Shown: one piece after another, positions 52,359 through 64,000 of the stretch
Layout: every line of letters begins with the position of its first letter
Numbering within the stretch: position 1 is the stretch's first letter
Source of the DNA: Octopus vulgaris
Taxonomy: Eukaryota
Length of the DNA: 64,000 nt
Reading direction: 5' to 3'
Assembly: GCA_951406725.2 (NCBI GenBank)
Contig: OX597814.1
Coordinates: forward strand, 37,882,001 to 37,946,000
Made by a program: the position numbers and the translations under genes
Notes under the pieces: generated by a model
What the model saw: only the letters and a program-made list of their open reading frames with translations
Database searches by the model: none
What the model was told of the DNA's origin: nothing

Positions 52359-53949
52359 ATATTTTAATAGGTTGATAGTAAATATTCCTTACGAAATACA
52401 CATAGGCACTCAGCACACGCAAATATTAATTTATTTCCTGAAATTGCTACATATAGTGCGCAGAACTTAAACAAAAGATTCACTTAATTGTATAGAAAAT
52501 ATAATCATTTTATGTTTACGTAGTTATTTCTCCATCTTTATTTTATATTGGCTGGAGCATGCACACGGAAATACAAGGGAACATAATTTGTTGAATTTTA
52601 TTAAAAAATTGCAACTTAATGTATTTTTAAACATTGTTTTTTCATGGAAAGTTACACAATTATCTTTATTCCTATTTCCAAAGTTATTATTATGTATATT
52701 TGTAAATCTCATGTAATATTTTCCGTGAAATAATTCACATACATAAATTCGAGTATCTTTATATAATTCCTATGTTTCCTGTTTTTGTTTGTTTTGTAAG
52801 CTCTGAATTTACATTTGGTCCATTGTTCCATTTCTTATCAATTGTATATTATTTCAATTTACACTCTATTGTAAATCTTTAGTACATCATGTATATAAAA
52901 GTTTGGTTATGTAGCCAGACAATTCTAGCTTCATTAATGCATAGGAATCATGTTGTTTTTGTGAGTTTTCTTTTTGCCTCAAATCCTTTTCTATGTATGT
53001 AGTACAATATCCTTGCTCTCTATTTGTATGTTCACTTAGAAGTATATCAGTTTTTAACCTTGAGGTAGTTTAACTGTATCGTTGCACGAAATATTTTTTT
53101 GATAATCGAGAAATACCTCAAGGATAAGATGACGTCTACTCATTAAAAAATGTAATTATCAAAGCTACATTTCTTCCAACGCTCTTCTAATACAAGAACA
53201 TTGTCTTACCAATACAATATATAACACATCATTTAATTCGGTTATTTGATATATTTGTTCTAGTTTCTCGTTGATATTGGAGAGTAAATCGTAATTTCCT
53301 AGGATATTTTTGAGCCTTTGATCTTGGTATTTCTTGTATACTACTGTACGTTCGCAGAATAATCTAACTTTAAATGAAGGAAAATGATGTTAAGTTTAAT
53401 TTGAAAGCTATTATTCTAAATTAAGGCAGCAGGTTCCCTGTTTCTTTTGTTTTAGAGAAATCAGTTTACAATACAATGTTATATATAAAAAGTACAATAT
53501 TATATATAAAACGTGTACTTTTGGAAGTTTTAGCGGGATTTGTAATTATTGTGTATCATCCAGATTGCGATTGAAATCGTTTTTTCCAGACGGACAGCTC
53601 AGGATGTATATCATATAAATCCTAGATACTTTGTATGTAGTTTATATATACATACAAAGATACATAAATATATATTCAATAAAGCAGGGACCCACAGGTT
53701 TGCATATATGAGACTAATAACAAAGATTTGGAAGGCGGCTCCTTTAGCAGCATTCCTTGTCTGATAACATGAGATACATTCCCATAGAAGTCGCTCGATT
53801 CTACAGCAACGTATGAAAGGCTGAGACTATACGAGCAGACCGGGCATGGATAAGTCAGTAGCAAGGTGAAACCATAGCAATATTCATCATCAAAGCAGAC
53901 TTTCATGGACCGACAACAGGAATACCAGCTCCACATTTGAAGGGCATGC

Positions 53950-54786
53950 ATTTGCCATCCAGGAACAAGAAATATCAACGAAATACTTGCTTGACTTTAC
54001 TGTAAACATACTTAGTGAGGTTACCCAAGGCATTCTTTATAGGATTAAGGTCAGGACCTCTTGCTGGTCCTGTTATGACTTCAACTCCAATTGCATGGAG
54101 GTAAAAGTTGCATTTGCTTTATGAATAGGAACATTGTCCTGTTAAAGTATGAAGTTCTTGCCATCAAGCCTTCTTCCTTCTTCTTTAATGTGAGCACTAT
54201 CCAATATATTGATGTATCGTGCACCATTGAAATGGCCATTCATGATGACAAATGGCAGTTTCCCACTGGCAGATATTGCACCCTACACCATAAAACATCC
54301 TCCGCTGCCCAGCCACTTTGAATCAGTAGACTTTTGTATACATTTATCTGCCCAGTAATATTTATAACCGTCGAGGCCATCCAAATTAATATTTTTCTCA
54401 TCACTGAGAAGAACTCTGACCCATTCACCATCCAACGTCTGATGCTGCCGTGTAAACTCCAATCTAATAGCCTTGTGGGAAGCGGACAACAGCGGACGCC
54501 CTAGCCGATTCTTCAGGTCGAAAGCATGGTTGAAATTCACTCTTCTTACGACAGATGTCCAGGCTCCTATTCCTCTAACAATGGCTTTTTCATCCCTTTG
54601 TGGTGTAGACTTGGGACGTCTACCAGCATGAAACCCGTCGTAGTCGTCGGAACCTTTCTGAAAATTGTCCACTAGCGTTCTAGTACGCCAAAGTTTCTCG
54701 ACAATCTTCCGGTTACTCATTTCTTCCACATTCAGTGCACGAACATTCCCTTGTTCTATTTCGGTAAACTTTGTAGCTTTAGGCAT
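53950..54786 (-). mobile_element. Tc1/Tc3-like transposase pseudogene
   Basis: ORF 54283-54786 with HTH N-terminus and [19 protein letters not shown]. Downstream QDNVPIH and PARGPDLNPIKNA (DD34E region). TIRs not identified. Confidence 0.85.
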
Positions 54787-55439
54787 GCTAGAAATGTAAT
54801 CTGGATCACGGGGTACATGTCTGAGTCGAATATTATCCGAAACAATCTGGAAAGACTTGAAAAAATATTTGTGGCTTTATAGCTTTAAAATGTTGATATG
54901 CTTGGGAAAATTGAAATATCAGATGTCTAACTTGATAATAAAGGTACAATGTTTAAAGTTACAGATTTCAAAGTATTCACGAAATACCAATTTACAATGT
55001 ATTATGCCCCTCTGTCCACTTATATACGTAGCTAAATTTCAAAATATCTTAAAGTAACGTGTGGTCTTTATAACTGTGAATGGTAGTTTATATGGTGGTC
55101 GTTTAATTACTGGGTTTCTCAGAATACTTTGAAATATATCAGATGTGAATTTCGTGCTTCTCAATTGGTATGAAAGAAGAGATACTGTTTTCAGTTCTGT
55201 TTTTCAATTATCTCTCTATTCATAAGCTTATATATATTCAGAATGAGACAAAGATCGTACTTGTTGATTTAAGCACGAACTAACTGCAATTTTTAAGACT
55301 GCTATCATGGAGAGACGGGAATGAACTGCTGCTTTTGCACATCGAATCTCAAGTACGCATCTGCAGTAAAGAGAACCACCAAGAATCTGTATACATGTGG
55401 TCTGATCAACAAGTATCAACAACGCACCATTGCCATAGC

Positions 55440-56100
55440 AATGAAGCTAAATCACGCAGAGTATACAGAGGATAAGGAGGTCATCCAAGAGACAGATTTG
55501 CTGCGTGACCTGGGGAAACACATAAGTAATAATGCACTATAACCTGTGCATATTACCAAAATGATAATAATGTGTAAGCAAAAGACCTGCTGAATTCTGA
55601 GGTCATTCAGATCTATGAAAAACGATATCGATATCGTTCTGGAATACTACTACCAACTATGGTCACCGCATAAATATAACAGAGAAACTCGTAGTGATCT
55701 AGCGTCACTAAGTTGGTGCACCTCCTGAACTACATAGAGAGATTAAACAGGACAGAGGTTCTTCTCCCAAGAGAAAAGACGTGAAAGATATGTACCAATA
55801 TACATATGGAAGATACCAGATGGTCTAGCTCCCAATTTTGCAACGGAAATATATGTGATCCACTGAACTGGGCAGCACTACGTCGTTCAAAGGTCTCATC
55901 TTCTCTTTATAGAAAATGACATCAGTACTTATTCTTTCTAGACCCTGGGATAGAGGGGCCCACGAATATTCAACATTTTGCCAAAACAATTCAGGGATTT
56001 TCAATGTGCAGATGTGGATGTTTTTGCAGAGTGTTTGGATAAATTCTTATCCAAAACGGATGAATTCATGTCATGACATGAGACACAAAGTTGTTCAGCG
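55440..56100 (+). mobile_element. CR1-clade LINE 3' fragment, degraded
   Basis: LRDLGKHISNNAL, EYYYQLWSP, EKRRERYVPIYIWKIPDGLAPNF, GPRIFNILP. Homologous to 42490-43065. Confidence 0.7.
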
Positions 56101-56771
56101 CCAGCTAACTCGATTGTTCAACAAAACAATAGAGTGAATAGCTCCAACCACACTTAAATCTAGAGCACCAGCATGGCCCCAACTTTACTGAAAAAAGGGA
56201 TATATATATGTATATATATATATACACAAACATACGTACGTATATATATACAAACATATATACACACGCAGTTATGAGTTCAACACCTATAGTGGTATAC
56301 ATTAATACATGCACACACATGCAGATTAAATATATAAATCCTACACTTTTTCAGATATGTATACACATGCCACTTTCATATTTGAAGATAATGTATGAAT
56401 TTTATTCGTTGTTCGTGTCATACTAGTGGTTTAACAAGGTTGTGTTTTATTTTATCAAATATAAGATAGCATGGTTTTCACATTGCTCAGTATATTTAAA
56501 TACTGATTTGTACGACGTCTTGTTGGAAAAGTTGTTCTATGTTTTCGTTTGTCCTGTATTGAATATGCATTTAATTCAGCTGATGAACAGTATATACATA
56601 CATATATACAAACATTTTCTGCTTCCCTTATTCATCATAAATTCAACAAAAACTGCGGACTTTCTGACGTAAATCCAGTGATATTTATATCATAACTGCG
56701 GATAACATTACGTAGCCAAACGGTTAATGTACCTTAATCGGTATACTGCAAACCATATACCTAAATAATTA

Positions 56772-56805
<34 letters not shown>

Positions 56806-59523
56806 TGTAGCTAGGTATGCATGTATGTATCTAAATATATATGCATTTATAGATAGATAGATGCATATATAGATTGATAGGTAAATAGATAGATAGGTAG
56901 ATAGATAGTTAGATAGATAGATAGAAAGGTAGGTAGGTAGGTAGGTAGGTAGGTAGGTAGGTAGATAAGTGTGTATATGTGTATGGAATATATAAAATAT
57001 TTATTGATCAAACTTCAGATAATTTTACTGCGTCAATTGTATCTTGCAGCTTGTGTTACTATTGCGCATTTATATATACCCCTGCGTATTTTTACTTCAT
57101 ACTGTAGTTCACTTTATATAGTACTTTTTTTTTTAGAGGTAGTACCTAAATTCTGTTCATCGAAGCGACCGACACTTAATTTTTGCAGATTTCATTCTGA
57201 TATCACATTGATGCTATTTATTAATAGCTTTTGCGTACATCAAACTGGTGTTTGCAGCTTTCTATTTATATAAAGGGAGCGGATGAGTTTCTAGGATATT
57301 TATCATACAGAGTATGTGTATTTAATATAGTGTACGTGAACTTCCAATTTTGTAAATAAACTTCGTATAATTTCTTTGTATGAATTACAACGCGTATATT
57401 TTCCCTTGTATCTTGTTCGTATTATACAGTTGCACATTAATTACAGTTTTCGTTATATTATGACCATTGGCATTTCTTAAAAAGGCATAGATTGATTCGC
57501 AAAATTAATTGAAGTTCTGTGTATTATTATTTTCCACGTATACATGCCCATCCTTATTCCTTCTGAATACCGTATGTTACTTTATCTAGTATTCCTTTTA
57601 CAGGTAGTACTTAATTTCTGCTCATAGAAGCGGTTTTACGATTGATAATTTTTACATGTTCCATCATTACAGCACATTGCACTGCCTAGTGGTGCTATTT
57701 TCTGTATGATATATATATTTGAAAGTCCTCGTGATTTTGCTATGTATGTGTCGGCTATGCATTTTTTGGAATACATCTTACTAGATATTTATTACTTTCT
57801 TTTTTCATTTTCTTCTAAGTTTTAATTTCAATGAATTATGTATATATTTCGTACAGAATAAAGTACATCGGCTTTAAACGACATGCAATATAAGCTTAAT
57901 TTATCATATCTGTTATTATTACATCTATATTGTAAAGGAAATATAAATAATTCAATATATCCAACACTCATAATATATTTAAGATTTAGTCGATGAAACA
58001 ACATTTGCTGAGAGAGACTGGATTACAAAGGAACTTTCTCTAATATTACATTACTCAATATTACAATACTTAATAGCTAACAGGGACGTCACCTTGATGT
58101 TTGTGAGAAGTACTTTCTAGAAATATCAGGGAGCTTTACTGAAATTCTTGCATTATATGTTGTAGTGCATTTATGCAGGCGAACAATCTGTTCCTGTTCT
58201 ATCGCCCTTTATTGTCTTCTACGAAAGACCTATCACTCTGACTGTGTTCTGATATCTCTAAATAATTTCAATTTTTTTTTTTTTTGCCTACAGTCTTTTA
58301 TCATATATCATATAGTACTGAAAACTCTATGATCTTACACGTGTTTATGTTCTCTACCATTATATCTAATCTTTTAACTTCCATATAATAGTTCATTTTC
58401 GTAAAGAAATCTGATATGATCCGTAAAGTACTTTTTTACTGTCACAACATCTGGGTCGTGTTTTTACCATTTTCCTGTCCCTTCGCATTCACTTATTCTT
58501 CTAGCATAGCAGTGCATTCTTTTTTTACCAGTTTATTCGTGCCAGCGCCAATACTGTTTTTGTGTTATTATAGTTACTTCAGTAACATTTAATTCTTGCG
58601 TCTTTTATATCACAGATTTAGTATTTCCTTCTGACTGAAATTTATCAAAATTTGCACTTATCAAATTTATAATGACAGCTTGTATTTGAGCAGCTGCAAT
58701 TCACGATTCACATAAACGGTTCACATTTCCCTCTATTTGCTACACGCCACATTCTTTACTCCCCATATCATTGAATTGTTGCTTGTAATTCCTTCTATTT
58801 TAGTTATATTTCCTAAAATTATTCCTTCTGTTTAGAAGCATTCTCTCATATTTCTCCTTCAGTTATTCACTTCTTCTGCGTAAGCTTAGATACTTCTAAA
58901 CCTCATTGTTTCTCAGCGATCTAATGTTATAATCTTGTAATACTTTTATGCCATCATGCATAATCTTTAGGCCTCTCTTCAAAAAAATTCAACTTATTTA
59001 ACTCAACTTCTACATCAATATCCTTGCTAAATTTTCTTTCTATGAGAATAAGTGAATCCTGTTGATTTTCATTTTCCGCATAGCTTGAAATCATTCATAC
59101 ATAAAAGGTGATTAATTTTCACCCTTTTCTTAGCAAGCTCATAGGTAACCCCGATATTTTCCGTATTTTTCAGAGGCATTAATGGAATAATCAAAAATAA
59201 TAGAGAAAGCAAATCTCACTGGAATATTTCCTTGTATGTTGTCACTTTTCCTAATGACCATTTTTGCATTTTAGTTCAAATTCCCATGATTTAATTACAT
59301 GTTTCTAAACGAGTGTTATATTTCTCCACAGCTATGGTTCTCTTTTCTTATCCGTAGATCTCTTAATATCATTCTAACAATATAAAATGGATCAGCGGTT
59401 CTCCTTAACTTCTTTCTGCATCCCTTTTTGTCTCTGGTATTTATTTGATTTTGTTCCATTAGAAAGTAACATCATCCCTCTGCTACGAGACGAGTTAATA
59501 CATTCCCAAATAATGGTAAATAT

Positions 59524-59658
59524 TTCTTCTTCTTCTTCTTCTTCTTCTTCTTCTTCTTCTTCTTCTTCTTCTTCTTCTTCTTCTTCTTCGTCTTATTCTT
59601 CTTCCTCCTCCTCTTCTTCTTCTTCTTCTTCTTCTTCTCCTCCTCTTCCTCCTCCTCC
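59524..59658. repeat. (TTC)/(TCC)n microsatellite
   Basis: Directly visible. Confidence 0.95.
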
Positions 59659-62217
59659 AAGAACGCAGTTGTCATGTTTTATATTTAGTATTACACTCAT
59701 AAAATAGGTTGTGTTGGTGAGGTTATCACACCCACCAGTATTTTTAAAGAGATACCAACTCTAGGGGGCTGCATTGTTTTGTCTTCCCATCCCATTCGGG
59801 GGTCAGTACAATGTTTGTTTCTGTCTAACCTCTTTCTTTTGATTGTTTTCAAACATCATCATCACCAGTATGACCACCATCGCCATCACAACTACCTCTC
59901 ACACATCATTCTGACTTCCGATGCCACCATGTGGTTGTTAAACAAGCTACTTACCACACAGACACTCCATTACACGACGTTTTTTATCGAACAAAAACAG
60001 GTTAGTTGTTTATAGGGATCAAATGTTTGTCTAGACATAAGCTCACTCCCTGCAGTTCGCACATAACCTCTCTTATTGCCATTGTAGATGGAGAAGAAAC
60101 CAACGTTCTCATGTGCGTCGGTTAAAGATTTGTGGGGAATTAATCCACATGAAAATGTTGTTGAATACTTATAAACCAAATGCGGTGATGGGATCACATT
60201 CTCAATGTTCGATACTCTCGTGTACAAATTTACGAGCGTGTGTGTGTGTGTTTGTGTGTGAATGGGATGGGACAGGGTGAATGTTTGTGTGTGTGTGTGT
60301 CATGCGCATGTTCGAGTGTTCGTATGCAAATGTATGGGCATTTCATGAAATTATCGTTTGGAAATTCTAGTAGCCTTCAACAGGTGAAGGTCTTGAAGCA
60401 ATTTTGAATTACGATCATTTAAGAGATGAGAAAAGTATATTTAAATGTCGCTTATTTCTGGTGATAATTGAATTCATATCGTATGTTTTCGTTTGTAGTT
60501 CGAACTTAATACCCCGATAATTAAGTAAATATTCTGACACCCTGCAGAAAATATTCCGTTCAAACGTCAAAGTAATTGATGCATGCATTTCCAGAATTAA
60601 TTTCATCAAATTACCAGATTAATATGAATATATCGCCACGAGTTATTTCATTCTCATTTCACAACACACGCGTGCATTTCCTTGTTAAACTCGTTAAACG
60701 AAGCTAATATAACATATGAATGCAAAATCTGAAGGTTATGACCATCATTCACATAACTGAATGTTGTTGTGTGCGGAACATTCTAGGGTAAGTCAGTATA
60801 TTAACAATAAATTGTACTGAAAATATTCCGAGATTTTAGGATGATTGTAGCATTAATAGTTATATTAAAGCCATAATTATTAAGAAGCATTCAAGCATAT
60901 CATGTTTCTTGTAAACTACATCATTAGCTTTAATTTTTATTTTAAATTGAGACGACCAAATGCAGCAAATACTAAAAGTTATCCATGTAATATGCGATAA
61001 ATGATGCACGATAGTAGATCTGTTTGAATGTAGGTAATGTTTGTAACCTGATGTTGTTGGACCTGTTTTCGAGGAAGAGAAATCAATTTTCCGGACAACT
61101 GAATTACCTGTACGTGAATAAACGTGTGAGTGACTGAGTATTGCAAAAATTGAAGTAAGACTGCGTGACACATGTAAAGACAAGGCCGTGCCACTTAGAT
61201 ACCCAGTAGAGACAATTCTGTGGATTTCTAGAAAGTTTGTGTCAATCCGGTTTCACTCATAACATATGCGTAGATCCGAAAATATAAAATATGTAAATAC
61301 ATCATGAAAACAAATATGATAGAGCAGAGGACATTATGCTGGAGCGACCTTCTTACATATTCAGCTATTTCATGCCTAAGGCAAAACGATTGTACACGAA
61401 CAAAATATAGCACAATGATGCGATATGAGTAAGTGTAAAATGCATGATATTTAATAGAGTGGCTCTTCGTTAAGAAAGAAATAAGGTAATCCAGGGTTGC
61501 TTAGGTTCCACCATCATATATTTACCTGTTAAAGGAACATGATACGATACTCTCATTAAAATCTCAAAGAGATTTTATCTGGAATGTTCGCTGAAGAAGT
61601 TTGAAATGGAAAACTTAATCTAATTAGAATATGTACAATAATTTAGATTAGTGAATACAAAGATAATAATCACAAATTATAATTACGGTTCCAGCTTTTA
61701 GACCGGAATTCTGAGGTAATTATTCTGCAAAATCTTTCTAATTACTTAAGTGGCGAATTTCTATTGCACTTTCCAGGGATGAAAAGGAAATGTGACCGCG
61801 GCAGAATATGGACTCAGAATACACAATGAAAGAACAATTTTATCTAGCAAATTTTCCTTTAAGATTCTACCGGTTCATTGCCTTAAATATTAAAGTGGTT
61901 AGATATGACATCAATGAATTAAATGAAACAAGGTATATCAGCTTATTCATTAGCGAAATATATTATGTCTAAGTAATAATTAAAATAACAACGCTAGCAA
62001 CATTTCATATACCAAAGTTTGTAGAACAGAAGTGCCCGAAGAATACACACCTGATGTAAAATTTGACGAGAAACGATATTAGTTTTTATAAAAGCCAACA
62101 GATGAGGGTCGAGTAAAAACTGGCCACACACAGACACACACACACACACACACACCGTGCGGAAACGCACACATATGTTTTACTGAAGGGGCAGTGTACA
62201 TGATGAAGAGGGCCGTG

Positions 62218-62258
<41 letters not shown>

Positions 62259-62261
62259 ATC

Positions 62262-64000
62262 ATTGTTGGTCTTTACAGGCCTCCTCAAGCACCTCTAAAG
62301 TACTTTGAAGAGTGCCTTAACAAAATCAAGTCCTTCCTTCAAAAATACAACTCCGAAAACATACTAGTGATGGGTGATTTTAACCTCCCTCATATAAACT
62401 GGCCCACAAATACTCTGAATTTAGGCAAATGCTCTACATCAGATAAAGCAGCATCAGAATATCTCTTTAATCTAATGGATAAATAAATCCTGACTCAGCT
62501 AGTGCTCGAACCAACAAGACAGAATAAAACGATCTTGGATCTAATATTAACCAACCACTCTAGCTTCGTTCACAGTATTTCATTTGAAAAAACTCTCCAC
62601 TCAGACCACGACATGGTACTCTGCAATTTTAATTTCCGACATATATAAACCAAACCAGCCAATACCACTTCCATGGCTCTCATTTGACAACATAAACTTC
62701 CACAAAGCGGACTGGGGAACAATCAGAAAGGATTTGTCTTTCATCGACTGGTTTTTTACTCTCAATTCCACTCAAACTGAGATCGCATGGCAGCACTTTG
62801 AGAACATTGTCACCTATACATGCTCTAAACGCGCTCCCACGAAATCTACTAACACAAACAGAAAACGGCTCCCTAAAAAGAAAAAAAAACACTCATCAGG
62901 CGCATCAAAAGACTCAATAAAAAAATCAAGCAATTAAAATATTCCCACATGCAACATCCACATTCAACAACAATAAAAAGGCTAGAGTTGGAAAAACTTC
63001 ATCTGCAGACCGACATGAAACCTCCATTGAAAATCAAAGAGCTGTGGAGGAACAGTGGGTAATCAAAAACATCAAAGAGAACCCAAAAGTGTTCTATTCT
63101 TATGCAAATATGCATAGAACCACTGTCACACCCATTGGGCCATTGATTGATGATAACGTCATTCCCCAACACGATGCTAAAGAAATGGCAGAAATACTGC
63201 AGAAACAATACTGCTCAGTCTTTAGTGTTCCCACTGATATTGACGTAAGAGAAGCGAACGAAGTTGATTCCCAACATAAAATCTCAGACATAACTTTCAC
63301 TGCCTCTGAAATCATAGCAGCAATAAATGAGGTCAAATACTATTCTGCTGTAGGCCCTGATAGATTCCCTGCTAGTCTCCTGAAGGAATGTAGACACCAA
63401 CTTGCAGATCCTCTGACCAACCTCTGGAGAAATTCGTTAGACTCAGGTTATATACCGAAACAGCTTCTATCCCAGTCTGTCATCCAGGTTTTCAAATAAG
63501 GAAACAGATCCCTCGCAGTCAACTATCGCCCAATCTCACTCACCTCTCACATCATGAAAGTGTTTGAAAGAGTGTTAAGATCAAGGATAGCTGATTTCCT
63601 GGAGACCCACACACTTCTAAATGCAAATCAGCATGGCATTCGCTGTGGCAGGGACTGTCTAACACAGCTCTTACACCACATTGAAGATATACTCAAAGCC
63701 TTGAGAATAGATTCGAAATCTGATGTCATATATCTTGACTTCAGTAAAGCGTTCGACAGGGTTGACCATAATATCCTACTCTCAAAATTGGCAAATGTTG
63801 GAATCAGTGGAATACCTCTACACTGCATTAAGTATTTCCTGGCGAATAGAACACAGCATGTTGTAGTTGATGGAGTCCACTCAAGCCCAGCAAAAGTCAC
63901 CAGCGGTGTTCCCCAGGGGACTGTTTTGGGTCCGCTACTCTTTATAATTTACATAAACGACCTTTCCAGGGTCGTACATTACTGCAAATTGAAAATATTT
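62262..64000 (+). mobile_element. CR1-clade LINE ORF2 (APE endonuclease + RT), pseudogenised, runs off the window
   Basis: GLYRPP, VMGDFNLPHINW, PTRQNKTILDLILTN, SDHDMV, GPDRFPA..LKEC, NYRPISLTSHIMKVFE, YLDFSKAFDRVDH, SGVPQGTVLGPLLFIIYINDL. Stops and frameshifts present. Confidence 0.92.

Noticed and set aside
57800-59300. Possible very old LINE RT on the minus strand
   Set aside because: Motifs are too decayed to assign without a profile search.

Overview
AT-rich, repeat-dominated animal genomic DNA, intergenic or deep intronic. The SINE families and microsatellite load look like a coleoid cephalopod (Octopus); this is recognition, not a search result. I found no host protein-coding exon I can support, and most short ORFs are translated microsatellites. 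Recognisable content: tRNA-derived SINEs; LINE fragments of the RTE (one intact RT reading frame), R4/Dong (RLE) and CR1 clades; Penelope-like elements (PLEs); Tc1/mariner remnants; and a Ty3/Gypsy remnant. The main signal is a dense set of self-cleaving ribozyme motifs. A young array of a 490-bp unit (47521-49138, tandem plus inverted, flanked by (TA)n) carries three complete type I hammerhead ribozymes with a long G.U-rich stem II extension, resembling a retrozyme that could yield a 490-nt circular RNA. Other short (TA)n-embedded elements carry minimal hammerheads, including G3-C8 and U3-A8 core variants. There is also a degenerate hammerhead just 5' of an R4/Dong ORF and the 3' half of a putative HDV-like ribozyme in an RTE 5' UTR. 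All folds were assigned by eye, and boundaries of degraded elements are approximate.
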